Positions 28,851 through 41,689 of a stretch of 64,000 bases of DNA are shown piece after piece. Both the position numbers and the translations under genes were made by a program. Location of the stretch: NCBI RefSeq assembly GCF_006345805.1, contig NW_021837025.1:1-64000 (forward strand), written 5' to 3'. Source of the DNA: Octopus sinensis (lineage: Eukaryota). How positions within the stretch are numbered: the first letter of the stretch is position 1; the number at the start of each line of letters is the position of its first letter. Under the pieces are notes generated by a model that was not told the DNA's origin, did not search any database, and worked only from the letters and a program-made list of their open reading frames with translations.

Positions 28851-29260
28851 TTGGAATCAGATAAACCAAGAGGCTCAAAACCCATCCAGTGTAATGAGTT
28901 CGCTGAAATGAGAGAAAATACAACGATCAGAACCGACATTTTTGTAAAATACAACAAACCTGACATCTTTTTACATAAAAAGACCACAATCAGAATTACT
29001 CTTCTTGAGGTTGGAATAACGTCACAGAGCCAGTTAAAACAAGTCGAAGTAAAGAAAAAACGCACTACGACCTGTTAGCAAGCAAAGTAAGAATTATCCA
29101 AGCAAAAGTTATGATAATCCGTCTCCTGCTTACCTGGGAAGGTATTGTCTCTATGCACTACAAAACAGCTCGACTCCCTTGGAATAGAATAAAAAACAAA
29201 GGCATATATCAAGTAGGTCGTGACCCTAGAGAGGTTTCAAGATACTAAATACGGATTGTC
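28851..29260 (+). mobile_element. R4-like RLE non-LTR retrotransposon endonuclease fragment
   Basis: PD-(D/E)xK-type NKPDIFLHKK...ITLLEVGITSQSQLKQVEVKKK, followed by KVMIIRLLLTWEGIVS. Confidence 0.7.
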
Positions 29261-29559
29261 TATTCAACTCTTAGGAAGAAAAAAACCTGATGAAGTACAA
29301 CTAGAAGATAACTCTAACTCCTCCTTTTTACTTAAAATAAAGTGTGTGTCCTGTCTGTGGAGAGCGATAAATTACTATGGCTCTGTGTAAGACGATATAA
29401 TAATATGTATGGTCCGTTAAAAAATTCAAAGATTAATTATGAAACAAAAATTAAAATTTTCAAGATATAAAACCTGGCCGGGTTTCAGAAAGAGATCTTG
29501 CTATAAACCGAGCAAATGTATCTATTTAAATAACAATTAATTACAGGCACTTTTTCCTT

Positions 29560-30610
29560 AATAATTAAATGAAATTTCCTTGAAATTGCAGGGAAATTTT
29601 GTAAATATGTTTGACGTCAGAGTTACAATAATTACATATTGTGAAAAGTTAAAGAATTATAGACATAACTTCGAATCAGGAAAATACGATTGTCTATATT
29701 CAGTATGTAATTCATTTAATGAATTTGATATTGAAATTATTGTTAACCATCTAATTAATGTGGAAAAGAAAATGACAATCAGATTTGAAGACGTTATTAA
29801 TATGGAAATACCAAGATGGATGATAAATCCTTTTTTGACTAGCACTGTAAAGGTGCAAATGGATTTGCAAGATGAATTTTTTTGTATTTTTATCATTATT
29901 TATAGAAATTAAATATAATTATTCTTAAAAGATTTTGTTTGAAAACCAGGATTTGTCTACCTTTTGGCGAAAAAAAAGAATTAAAAAAATATTCAAAGAT
30001 TTGGGAACAAATAATTAAATTTTTATTATGTTTTCCAACAACATATCTTGTGGAATCAAGATTTAGGGACCACCTCAGAAGAAAGAGTCCAAAGGGGCCG
30101 AGGAGGTTACCCAAATGGACAAACTAGGATGCAAATAGTCCTCCTAAATATAATTTTAAATAATAACAACTATTGTTTTTTTTCATTACTATTTGTAAAA
30201 ACAGTTTTAAACGTTTTTTGTTAACTAAAAGAACTCTTTAATTCTTCAAAGTACTCTAATGGTCTATCTTTTTTATTTAAATGTTTTCTCATAGGATGAT
30301 TCAACAATTTGGACGGTTTCATTGCATTTGATAGGAACTGACTTATTACACGGTAAACAATATGGTTTATTATCAAAAGAATTTCTTATAAATCTAAATG
30401 CGAATATTCATTTTTATATTGACGAATTTTATATGTAGAAGCGGATAGTGAGGACTGAGAAGACGACTCATCAAGAACAAAAACAAGCATTGTAATTTTA
30501 AAAATTAAAAAAAATTAAAATTATTAAATTTGTTTTCGATTCCTTTACGATCGATCTGGGTTGATTTCCGACCCTTGGAGGTCAAATCGACTCCAGGTTA
30601 AGAACCGCTG
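29560..30610 (+). mobile_element. hAT (Buster-type) relic retaining its 3' terminus
   Basis: LQGNFVNMF...RFEDVINMEIPRWMINPF, LLCFPTTYLVESRF; terminus ggttaagaaccgctg ends at 30610 and is followed by atttaagg. The 5' TIR is not found. Confidence 0.7.
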
Positions 30611-32560
30611 ATTTAAGGCATCAAATGGATGGCTCGAGAGGTTCAAGAAAAAACACGAGTTAGTATTCAAAACTATAAGTTGAAAAAAGAATTCGTCTTA
30701 TTTTTCTTCAGTATCTAATTTTTTCTCTGATTGTGACAACTGTTTATGAACTATCAAAAGTGAAAATATTTTCGGCTGTGGTGAAACGGTTTTATATATA
30801 AACCAAACTTCGTCGAAATCTTTTGTTCAAATTCATGACAAATGACTTAAAAAATAAAAAGAGAAGGTTTTCCTTCTCCATTGTTGTAATGCACTTGGTG
30901 AGAAGCTAAAATCTCTAATAACTGGAAAATTCAAATTTCCTAGGTGTTTGAAAAAATTTAACGCCAAGGATTACTGAGAACTACATGCTGCCTAAAAAGA
31001 TGACTATTTTCGCAAAATGGTTATGTAACGTAAATCAAGATATGATCAATGAAAACAGAAATTTTTTTTAATGCTAGATAATGCGAGCTATCACAGAAAT
31101 GCAGAATATTCCAATGTTAATTTATTTTTCTTCCAAAAAATACGACCGATTTAATTCAAGCCTTAGAGCAGGGGTGCGCAAGTGCGGCCGAAAGTCGATG
31201 AATGTGCGGCCGTGAGCACAATTAGGTCATCGAGCAACTAATCTTAAATATAATGCTCATAGTGTTAATTAATCAAGAAAAACCCTCAATAATAATTAAA
31301 AATATTCATTATAATGGTTAACCTTTATTAAAAGTAATTATCATAAACGGCTTAATTTATTTATGTCACTGGTGTACATTATTCACCAACAAGCACTTTG
31401 TTCACAAATGAAAAAATTTGAATATATCTTTGCAAGGTAAAAACCAAACAATTTGTCGAATGTATAAAAAAATTAACGATTTTATGGATACATGCCGCCT
31501 ACTGAAGATTCACATAGAAAAAAATGAATTATTTCATTTTAAAAAAGTCAAAAATCTCATTGATGACAAAATAATTAATTATGACGATCTTACACCAAAT
31601 ACATTTAATACTATATTCGATTATATTTTGAAACAATTTGAAGAGCGATTTAACGAATTTAAAAAAAATTGAACTCAAACTTCAATTAACTGCAGCACCA
31701 TATACTGTTTTGATTGAGAATGCGCCATTGGAATTTCAAATTGAATTATTGAAATTAAAAAATGATTTAATTTTGATAAATAAATTTAATGAAAGCGAAG
31801 ATTTGTTGAATGTATGGAAATCAGCGACAGCTTATCCAAATTTACGTGAAATGGCAAGAAATATTCTCGTTTTATTCGGAAGCACATATTTATGTGAGTC
31901 TATATTTTCCAAAATGAAATATTTAAAAAGTCAATATAGATCTCGGATAACGGATGCAAACTTAGAGTCATGTTTGCGCATAATGATATCTACCCTACCA
32001 GTGCATTTCAATAAGCTTGCAAAAAATACCAAAGATCCTGCCCGTCATTAGAATAACTTGTATAATACATTTCTTTTAATTAATTTTCCTTCTTTCTTAT
32101 CTTTTGTCCATGAAATAATTATTTATTTTAATAATATGATGTCCCTGATGAACGAGAGCATTTCCTGTCCAAGAACTCATTCGGTCTCGATGACAATGGG
32201 CAACTTATGAGGTCACTTTTAATAATTAAAAAAATTACAATATTAATATCGAAAACATAATGCAGAAAATGTGCGGCCGTGGATGAGAAGGAAAAAAATG
32301 CTATGCGGCCGCAAACCCAAAAAGCTTGCGCACCCCTGCCTTAGAGAATAAGATATGGAAATAATTAAATCCTTCAAGTCCCTCTAGTTCAATAAACTGG
32401 TTGATTTTACCACTATATTAAAAAAATAGTTATCTGATTTGAATTTTAATAATACCAATTTTAGAAAAGTCATTACAGTTGTCTGGAGGTATGGAAAATG
32501 ATATCAGAGACAACGACAATTAATTCCTGGCAGAAAATTAACGAAAACAGATTAAAAATT
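30611..32560 (+). mobile_element. pogo/Tigger (CENP-B HTH + DDE_1) transposase relic, interrupted by a hAT element
   Basis: FKASNGWLERFKKKH, a degenerate N.DETG-like motif, CNALGEKLK, LMLDNASYH, FLPKNTTDLIQ; the sequence resumes after 32346 with a MEIIKSFKSL-like segment. Confidence 0.75.
31169..32338 (+). mobile_element. hAT (SPIN/GTF2IRD2-like) deletion derivative, copy 1
   Basis: TIRs caggggtgcgcaag / cttgcgcacccctg; TSD ccttagag (31161-31168 and 32339-32346); C-terminal transposase with FGSTYLCESIFSKMKYLKSQYRSRITDANLESCLR. Confidence 0.92.
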
Positions 32561-32619
32561 GGATGAAAAATTAATCAATCACGCGATAGCAGATATAATA
32601 ATAAATTCGACAGATATTA

Positions 32620-32900
32620 TTAAGGAAAAAATCATTGGGTAAAATAAAGATCGTCCCTGTCGTTATGACCAGGGACGGGAATTTTGTCAAAATCTTTAAG
32701 AACAATTGGAGGCGTTCGGAGTGGAGGAGAGGGTGAAGGTATACATCCAGACATGGTGTTGCGAAAGACCTTAGAAAGCATGCAAACCGAGACAAGGCAC
32801 GGGTTATCGATGCCTGTTGAAGAGGTAGCTCCTGAATCTAGACTGCGCGTTGACATGAATCTGCCCATCCGTGCACTGAACGTGGGCCCTAAGAGGGTGA
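32620..32900 (+). mobile_element. R4-like RLE retroelement 3' fragment
   Basis: KIKIVPVVMTRDG...ERVKVYIQT-VLRKTLESMQ; homologous to 2120-2311. Confidence 0.6.
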
Positions 32901-33089
32901 GGTTGATAGAATAAAACAGTACAAATAACGAAATTACGCTAAATGTGGGGGCTTTTGTTGATTTAACTTGTAGGTGAAGATAGAATCAACAACTTGAGGT
33001 TAGAAATGCCCTGATATCCAATGAATATTCGCTTAAATAAATTTTCTAATGTTACTAATTAACATATATTTTGCGTCACATGCCTTCTC

Positions 33090-33360
33090 GCGTCCGCGAT
33101 CAAAGCCGGTACGGCGGCGACGAAAGCTGAGATTCGAAAAACAAAAATACGGATCTCTTTCGGACAGATTCATCTTCAAACCAGTGTCAGTCGAAACCTC
33201 AGGCACACTGGGATCATCAACACTTCGTTTCCTCACCGAAAGAGGCCGCCACCTCGGAAGAATTAGAAACGACCTCCGCGAGCTCAATCGGCCTTTCGAG
33301 CGTGTCTCAATAGCATTTCTTGGGGGAACAGTTTCTCAATTCTCTCGCGGGTAGATTGCC
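33090..33360 (+). mobile_element. CRE-like retrotransposon 3' fragment
   Basis: KQKYGSLSDRFIFKPVSVETSGTLG...FERVSIA parallels KKKYDGLTGRYVFRPVAVETLGSIG at 43.7 kb. Confidence 0.7.
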
Positions 33361-35668
33361 TTTTGTTTTTTATTCAATTAACATATTTATTCTACTTTCG
33401 TACTTTCTTTATTAATCCAATTATTTGTTAAAGTTTAGTTATTGTCTTCATCTCAGTTCTATTAGGTTTACCGTTTTTGAGTCTGTCGTCTAATCTGCCA
33501 GGAATTCAGCAAACGGTTCTTTTCGATTGAAACGACTGAATGAGTCACGACTTTAGAATACGGGTATCTGGAACTTTTTATAGATAACAGATTGCCGCAT
33601 TTCTTCTGACACCCGCCATTGTCGAATTTAGTCGACTTAATGACGGATCTGAGCCGAGTTAGTAGACGTCATGTTTTAGAAAGCCACAGTTTAGTTATCG
33701 GGACTCCATCCAGACCATTTTTGAAAAATTAAAAGTTTGAGTCTCTAGAGCGTAGCCATTAAAGACTTTGATTCTTTAAAGCTGTTTGGGGTATAGATAC
33801 TTGTTGAATTTGGAACTGGTTAGGCTGCGAATTGACAAGCGTGCTACATGCAGTTAGAAAGAAGAATAAAAAGGACCTCATCTGCAAGTGGTCGTAAATT
33901 GGAAGCATTTTGGAGGTTATTGGCGAAAGTTTATTTTAAACATCCAGTTAAGATTTACAAACTCACATTTTGTAATTCCAGAAGCCTGTCTATTGTGTTT
34001 TGTGTGATAAACTGAGATGAATCAAGAAAGGCATAATTATATACTAATTTACGAATTGTTCGTTGATAAGAATATTCTTTGACTGTCATAGTGTTCCAAA
34101 GACATCTATTTGTTGTTTTATAAAGACGATTCAGAAAAGATATAGATCAATTATAAAAAGTAATCAGCAATTAATATCCATAATTTTCTTTACAGTTCAT
34201 TTGATTTGTCAACAAACGTCAAAATTTAAGAAATATCCCATAAAGATAACTAAAGAAACAAAAATATAAAAAAATTAACTATGGGAAACAAAAAGTGATC
34301 TCTGTGATAAGATTGGCAAAAAATAAATGGAAATGAGAAAAAAATTGATAATAAAAATCAACTGGAAAATTGAATTTCTCAATCCAAACAATATCTTAAA
34401 AAAAATTTTTCTAAAGTAAAGCTATCGCTTTTAATAAAAGTATATTATCCATCAAAACACCAAAATCTCAACACCCCTTGTTAATCATTGAAAGTATTAT
34501 AAATAAAAAAATAAAGAACACTAAACATTCGTATACCAAGATGTGGAATTATTTTTTTGGAGGTTGGAGTTCTTTAATACAACTTTTTGCTCATAAAAAT
34601 TATAGTTTTTATAAATAAAGTGTTCTTGCGGGGTTTTATATTTGTATAATGTTGAATCGAGTTAGCGGCCTAGTCTTGATTCGATTCGTGTTGTATCATG
34701 TGGAATAGAGTTCGAGCCAGCACTGCGGGTGGACTTTTTTGTCTTTGATGTAGTTAAATTAAATTGTGATCTTAAAATGTTTAAAGTTTTTTTCTCATCT
34801 AATAAAAATATCAACAAAATGAAACAAAAAGCGTGTCAAGAAGCACTAAAATATTTTCAACCAATAAATAATCGTTTTAAAATAGAGTGGTTTAGTCCTT
34901 TAGATTCTTTGTATTTTAGAATTTTTTTCTTTTGTAAAGATGACATTGAGTGATTATAAGCATTCATTAGCATTAAAATCAATTTGAATATAAACCACTA
35001 CACCAAAGAATATATCATATCTAATTGTATAGTCTGTTTAAAAATACAATGTAAGACTATTAATATGATTTATTATTTACATCACTATGATATTGTCTCT
35101 GAGATGATTATTTATATCCGTGAAGTGCATTATACTCGCTCATTGCTTTATGGGAACTAGGCAACACTTGCTGTTCTTTCTTTCATCTTGCATCCCACTT
35201 GATTAGTTCTACCCAATTTTATTCCGCTCTATTAACTTGGACGTTTTCGAATTGTAAAATAAATTTCAAAATAACGTTCAAGGAAATAAAAATTTTACTC
35301 CTCTTTATTTGTGGTAAGTAAATAAATGCGAGACAGAATAATTTACATTTGAGCTACACAATTGCTATATTTTAAATCCCCCATTCGAATAATCCTTCTT
35401 TTGTCTATAAGTGTCAGTTATATAAAAGATATATTTGTTGTAATCTTTGAAATTGATATTTATTAAATAATAAGAGAAAGACGTTTTTGACGTTTAAGCA
35501 GCAGGCTGCCCTTTATTTTATTTTTTTAGAAAAGTTATTCAGTCAAACGTTATTCTCGTCTAAAAGATAATTGATTAATCGCTATAAAACTATATAATCA
35601 ACCGAATTTCTTGGAAACTACGCTTGCCCATAAATGTAGAAATAAACTAATTATCTTTAGTTTGAAAG

Positions 35669-36686
35669 ATGAGTGACAAGGATGAAGGTTCAGATCAATC
35701 CGACTTGAATCGAGGTATGAAATCACAACTTACTCTAAATGTGGTTCTAATTAGGGTAAAACTAATTAACCATGTGTTAAATGGTAAATAATGATATTTG
35801 AAGCCTGTACATTTTTTAAAACAGAATAAATAAATTTTATCCTTAGACTTTACCGAATCCTCGGAAGAAAATAAAAACAAACAATCACCGACTAAGAACG
35901 AGTCTGAACAAAATCGACAAAATTCAGACCAACCCGGCAAATTTGTACGTGCAGACCAAACCTTGCAGAACTCGGAAATTTCCCAAAATGATAATATTTG
36001 TATGCAATGTGGAAAATCATTCTTAACTAAGAGTGGTTTAAAGCAGCACAAAAATATCCACGGGACACTAAAGCCACATACTTGCAACGTAAGGAAATTT
36101 TATTCATGAATAGATATGTTTCAAAAGCTACACTCAGTTCTCAAATCTGTGTAGACACAAAAGGTTACACCGATCCCTTCTCAGTTCTAACGGAGTCGAA
36201 GTTCAAGCAAATGCAGAAACTCAACGAAACTCGTTTTCCATAGAAGACATTCACAAGGATGTACCCAAAACGAGTTTGGATGTTGGAAATTGTTTTATTC
36301 CCACTCAAAACATTCAGTCGGCAACTCCAACAGTTTTCAGTTCTAATCAAATGTGTCTCATGTCGATGATGGTAAACTATCAGCAAAGCATAATCTACAA
36401 CCAATACAACGCGATTTTTAACGAAATGATGAGCAATATTATTAAAAATCAACAATTTTTGAATTATATAAATTCTTCCCCAACTACCACGAATTTCAAC
36501 CAAATCAGAGAAAAAAAGCAATCCTTCTGTCATTATTGTAACAAGATATTTCCGAGGTACGCCAACCTCAAACGTCATATGAGAGTCCATACTGGAGAAC
36601 AGCCCTACAAATGTGATCTTTGCAACAAAATGTTTTCTGTCTCGTCAAATCTACTTCGGCATATGAGAAATATACATAAAAAATAG
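35669..36686 (+). CDS. Miniaturised EVI1/PRDM16/hamlet-like C2H2 zinc-finger transcription factor
   Basis: [27 protein letters not shown]|[19 protein letters not shown] (intron 36089-36113) and [51 protein letters not shown] match the diagnostic EVI1 finger sequences. The 5' exon structure is uncertain. Confidence 0.8.
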
Positions 36687-37150
36687 ACATATATTTGATT
36701 TTAATATTTATTTACAACAATAAAATTCTTATTTATTTAGTACTCTTATTTTTAAATAGATTTTATTGAGTCAAAACTGAATGATACAAAAGCAGAATAT
36801 TTCTTATTTAAAATCATTTTAGTACCCAATCCTTACATACTTTTAAAACTAATCTGAAATATCCGATAACTTAACTAAAAAATCGATTTCTGTAAAAGTC
36901 AGAAATCATTTGAATTGCTTCAAAATGTTTTTTCCAAAGTGTATTCAAACTTGAAAAAATTTGTCATTTTGACAGATCATAATGGCTTGCACGTTCCTGT
37001 GGTGATGGTTTCCTATGCTTTGTAAATAAACCCAGCCTTAAAATGAAAAGACTCGTGAAAAATATGGCTACGTCATAGTCCACAACTTAAAAAACGTCAT
37101 TCTTTTAGGAGTTCTGTAAAGACGTGAGTTTGTAGGGAAAATTGTAGTAT

Positions 37151-39700
37151 ATTATTATTATTATTATTGAACCAGAAAACCACCGTCATAGCCAAAAGAA
37201 AGAAGAATTCAGGTGATCCCAGCCTCCCTCAGCAGTTCGCGCAGCCTCTCCCGATGTTCCGCCGTTCGTTGTCCCGACGCATTTTGGTACGGACGGGGAT
37301 TTTCAGGACGAACCTCTCTGTTGTTCCAGGCTTTTGGAATAATCTTTTTATCGGAGAAAGTATTTAGCAGGTTTGCCGCTTTCACTCGAATTTTGTCGAT
37401 TTTTGATATATTGTTTGCACTTAATTTTGTTCCCCAGATTCCGCACGCATAGCCGATCGTAGGTTCCAAGTATTGATTATATATGTTGTTTAGGCCATAT
37501 AGGCCTTTGCATTCTCCTGCGTTCTTCAGGAAGGCATTCAGGAAGTTAATCTTTCTTGCATCCGCCATAACTACATTTTCGACTTGGGTTGAAAAGGTTA
37601 GAAAGGTGTCGAATGTAACACCAAATCTTCTGGTTTTGCTCTGCGGTATAATTTCCCCGTCTAACTTCGCTTCAATTGAGACTTTCCAAGCCTTCTGTTT
37701 TTCGTAAACAGAGTCAAAATAGATTTTTCCGGACTTGCCTCCAGTTCGTTTCTATATAGCCATGAACTCAGATTGTTGAGGTTATCCTGTATTCTATCCG
37801 TTGCTTTTATTATGCTCACATCCCTTGATGCGACGATAATATCATCTGCACATAGTAATAACAGATCGTTGTCCCCCTCTGGCTGTGGTATGTCGTTCAT
37901 CATGAGATTGAATAAAAGTGGAGATAGTGAAGAACCCTGAGGGACCCCATTTGGTAATAGTCTCGATATGGAAGATTTGTTTCCACAACAAGCCCTTCCC
38001 CGACGGCCGCTCAGGAAATTCCCAAGCCATAGTTTTAGATTCGTATCAATATTTGAGGAATAGATCTTTTGTGTGAGTATTTTCCTTGGCACCGAATCGA
38101 AAGCCTTCTTTATGTCGATCGAGCAGACAATGGATTTTTCCTGTTTAGGTTTCTTGTTTAGACCGTCTGATATAAACTTCATTAAAGCATTTAGATGTGT
38201 GACAGTTGATCGCCCCTCTTTGAATCCATGTTGGGAACTGACTTTTGGGAAGAGGGGGCGAATCAAAGTCATAACCATTCTCTCTAGAATTCGTGCCTGG
38301 ACGCATAAAAGGGACAGTGGCCTGTATGATCCAGGTTGCTCCTTCGGTTTTCCAGGCTTCAGGATTGGGTGAATGCACGACAGTTTCCATAATGTTGGAA
38401 TTATTATTATTATTATTTGGAATGAAATTGAAATTGCACGAGTAGTTGTAAATACTCGTAAGTGCAGAGATAGCTGCATCGCCCAATTTTTTGAGCATGA
38501 TCGCTGGGATTCCGTCTGGTCCGCAGGAGCGTGTATTCTTTAGTCGGGAAATTTCTAAAGCGACATCTCGAGGTAGGAAGTACGATGATGGAGGCTCCCT
38601 TTTCGGTTTGCCCTTAATAATTGAAGAGGATTCCGATTTTTTATAAGCCTTGTGACTTATCTTCACGCAATGTTTCATATAAGTGTTTAGGTCTAGTTGG
38701 TGATTGTTGTCATCCTCGTTTGTATTGTCGGCGTTTTTAATGTTACGCAGCATTTTCCACATTTTCGAGAGTGAGCACTTTTTGTTCATCCCTCGGGAAA
38801 TCGTGTCCAATTTTCTTTTTTGCACTCGTCTCGCACTTTCTGCGAACTCCATGTTCAATACCCGAATCCTTCTCGTTGTGAGTTTCGTCAGATGTGTACT
38901 GTGTTTAAGGCGATTTCTTTCTTTTATTAGTTTGACTGTTTTAGCGTCGTATTTTCTTTTCGTGAGTTTCAGGACTCCTTTCTTTACAAATAGATCTCTC
39001 CCCTTTAGAATAACTTTGTTAAAGTAGTTGACTGCCGTGTCGAGGGAGTTGAAATTCTGAGGATGAAAGTTCCATAGGGATGAATCAACATATTTTTTAT
39101 ATCCTGTCCAATCGGCATTAGCGTAATCGTGAAATATTGCATGCTTTGACCGGGTCGCCGGGGTGCAATTGATTTTTATAAGAATAGGGTTGTGATCGCT
39201 CCTCAAGTCAAAATTAACGGACCAATGAACCAGAGGTGCCAGTCGTGGTGAGCAAATAGTAATATCGGGTGAAGTGAGAGAATTTTTATCGTTGTAAGGG
39301 GTTCGAGTGTTCATTCTTGGGTCGTTTGCAACACACAGATTTTCCAAGTGAGAAATTATTAGGTTCCCCCTCTTATCTGGAGGTTGCTTCCAATACCATG
39401 AGGGGTGTTTGGCATTAAAATCGCCAGAGACTAGCAGGTTTGTGGATAAGTTAGTTCGCCTTTGAGGTGAATTAAAGTCGAACTGAGGAATGGTTCTTCC
39501 GTCGTTTGAACTTTTTCGCTTTGGCTACAACTCCCTCGCATGTCGTGGCAAATTAAACGCTCTTCGCGACATATCAAACTAAACCAGATCATTCCTCGGT
39601 CACCCCGTGATTCCACTCTTAACTGATACCTACAGAGATCTTAGGGTTTGGACTGACGAGATGACGACCCTGCCGTTTGGGACCTCACGTGTGTGAACTC
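37151..39700 (-). mobile_element. Near full-length APE+RT LINE ORF2 (Jockey/I-like), frameshifted, with (TAA)n tail
   Basis: APE: GDFNAKHPSW, SPDIT, DLRSDHNPI. RT: RPLSLLC, QHGFKEGRST, DIKKAFDSV, GVPQGSSLSP, CADD. Tail at 37151-37168. Confidence 0.92.
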
Positions 39701-39926
39701 CTTTATTGCCCAGAAGATTACACGGAGTCTGCTCTGACACATCGGGTCACTTTTAAAAATGGTTACGACCACCGGTATCTGGTTGAACGAGTCTTCCTGG
39801 CTATCTCCCGATAAACATTTTTTTAAATAGCCGAAAATTGAATTTATTAGCAACATAAATTTGTACCATATTAAAAAAAATAAATTATTAATACAAAAAA
39901 ATTTAAAGTTTTTATTGTGGAGCACA

Positions 39927-41012
39927 ATGAATGTTTGAATTTGTATTACAATTCAGTTTATAAAACGACTGTCCTCAAAGCAGGAGATCGAAATCACTTT
40001 AAAGGACACAAAGCGACTCCAAACGAAGAACGGAGAACCCATTTTTTACACAGGAGAAACCATCAAAGGAAAAGTACCCAAAATACTTAAATTAAGGTCA
40101 ATTTTAATTGGTCAGTCCCAAACTTCACTCACGGGGGAGTAGCAGTCCAGTTTATGTGTTCTGTCGAGTCTAAATACATTTCTAAATACACCACTGCAAT
40201 ATCTTCAGAGGACCTTCTCAAAGCAGGGACATTTTACGGGCCAGAAAATGTGAATTTCCAGCTGGGGACTTGTTCGGCAATTTCGGAGACATACGACGGG
40301 AAGCTGGGGCAAATAGAGTATTGGAAGCATCCGGAATGTGATAGATATTTCCTGAGGGTTGTCGTGTCCCAGAAAGTGAAGGACATTGTGAAAATATTCC
40401 CCGTGGCCATCCACAACACGTGCGGGGAAATCGACCAGAGCGAGGTCAATTTCAGTGTGTGTTTGACCAATGCGATGGACGTGAATGTCCGATTTAGTTC
40501 GATCAAGTTAGGTCGATGAGTATTACTGTAGTCTGGATATAAACGAATTGCTGTTTGGGACTGTCACCTTCAAGCACTACACCGCCCGCATTGTCCGCGT
40601 CAATTTGGAGTTGTGGCGGGAGGAGGTGGTGGATGTGGAGGACAGTTACCAGGAGAACTCATCACTGGTGTACCAGATCACGGTGATTGAGGGGTGTCCT
40701 GCCAAAGGTGTGAGGTGGGGATATTCTAGACGTCGAAATCCCCTTTCGGTTTATGTTGGGGGGGCTTGATTTGAGTCCTTCGCAGGAGTATGGACTGATC
40801 TGTGTGAAGGTGCAGTACTACTTTGCCCTGTCCATGTATGATGACGAGGAAAGGAGGTACTTCAAGAACAAGGTTGGGTTGCTGCCCGACTGCAGGCTGT
40901 CTTCTTCCACAGGTCGGCCATCGAGAAGAAGATCAGTGGGGAGGTGCAGGCAATCAGACATGAGGCTGCCAGAGTGTTCGGCACATTCTCGGGCATTCCC
41001 AGTGGAGTCTGA
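39927..41012 (+). CDS. VPS26: Retromer subunit VPS26 (arrestin fold)
   Basis: FYTGETIKGK|VNF, THGGVAVQF, ETYDG, YFLRVVV..KVKDIVK, IEGCPAKG, VQYYFALSMYDDEERRYFKNK; mini-introns throughout. Confidence 0.85.
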
Positions 41013-41059
41013 CTATTTAATAAATTAATTTATTTAAATAGATTATTATTAGTGTTGTT

Positions 41060-41614
41060 ATGTCATTTCAAGGACTGTTCAAGTCACTAGTGAAGGAGAC
41101 ACAGAACATAGTGGACAAGGCCGAGCGGACTGTCAGTTCATACGTCACCTCCGCAGCCATTGTATGATCGATGATACACCGACAGGACAAACTGAGGAAT
41201 GGCAGTCATGTCAAGTTATTGTCTCGTTCTTCTGGCCAATACTTGCGGATAGTGAGGACGGACAAGGAGGACTGGGAGTGGAGTGCACTGTCAATGAGCG
41301 AGATGGAGGTAGGTGGCCTGAGTGACCCCAGTTGTGTGGGAGGTCCTTAATGTGGGCAGAAATGTGATTTGTCTCCACAATAACAACAACTACATGTCCA
41401 TGAGGGACGGAGACCTCACTCTCGTCAACTGTGTATGTCTCTCTCACTACTGTAGGCTATCGGAGTGATGGTCCCCCCTTCCTGCCAGTTCATGGTCAGG
41501 ACGCAGGACACCAAATTTGTCTCCTTTGAGTCCGAGTCAGAAAAGTTTAGTTTTCTGGGAGTCGTACCTGTGGGGACGTCGATTGCCACTTTTCTGTCAT
41601 TTCCTGTTAGTTAG
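41060..41614 (+). CDS. Small beta-trefoil (fascin-like) domain protein, tentative; one apparent 1-nt frameshift
   Basis: Exons joined by 23-24 nt GT-AG introns give LRNGSHVKLLSRSSGQYLRI, VWEVLNVGRNVICLHN, CQFMV...FVSFES, FLGVVP. A frame discontinuity lies near 41250. Confidence 0.4.
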
Positions 41615-41689
41615 CTGTGCTCGCTTTTTTGGATTTATTAACTAACCTTAAAATTATTTCCTTATTTTGCGCTCTCCAGTGATAGTCCA

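Noticed and set aside
32655-32720. DQGREF integrase-like motif
   Set aside because: An alternative frame gives the better-supported retroelement motif, and there are no other integrase residues.
33400-34050. Moderately GC-rich stretch with GT...AG segments, a possible hidden gene
   Set aside because: No consistent spliced frame or recognisable motif could be built.
34661-34730. tRNA/SINE-like A-box (ggcctagt) and B-box (gttcgagcc)
   Set aside because: No cloverleaf could be folded and there is no second copy in the window; too weak to call.
41617-41626. gtgctcgctt, identical to the 5' start of U6 snRNA
   Set aside because: Only 10 nt match; the rest of U6, including the ACAGAGA box, is absent.
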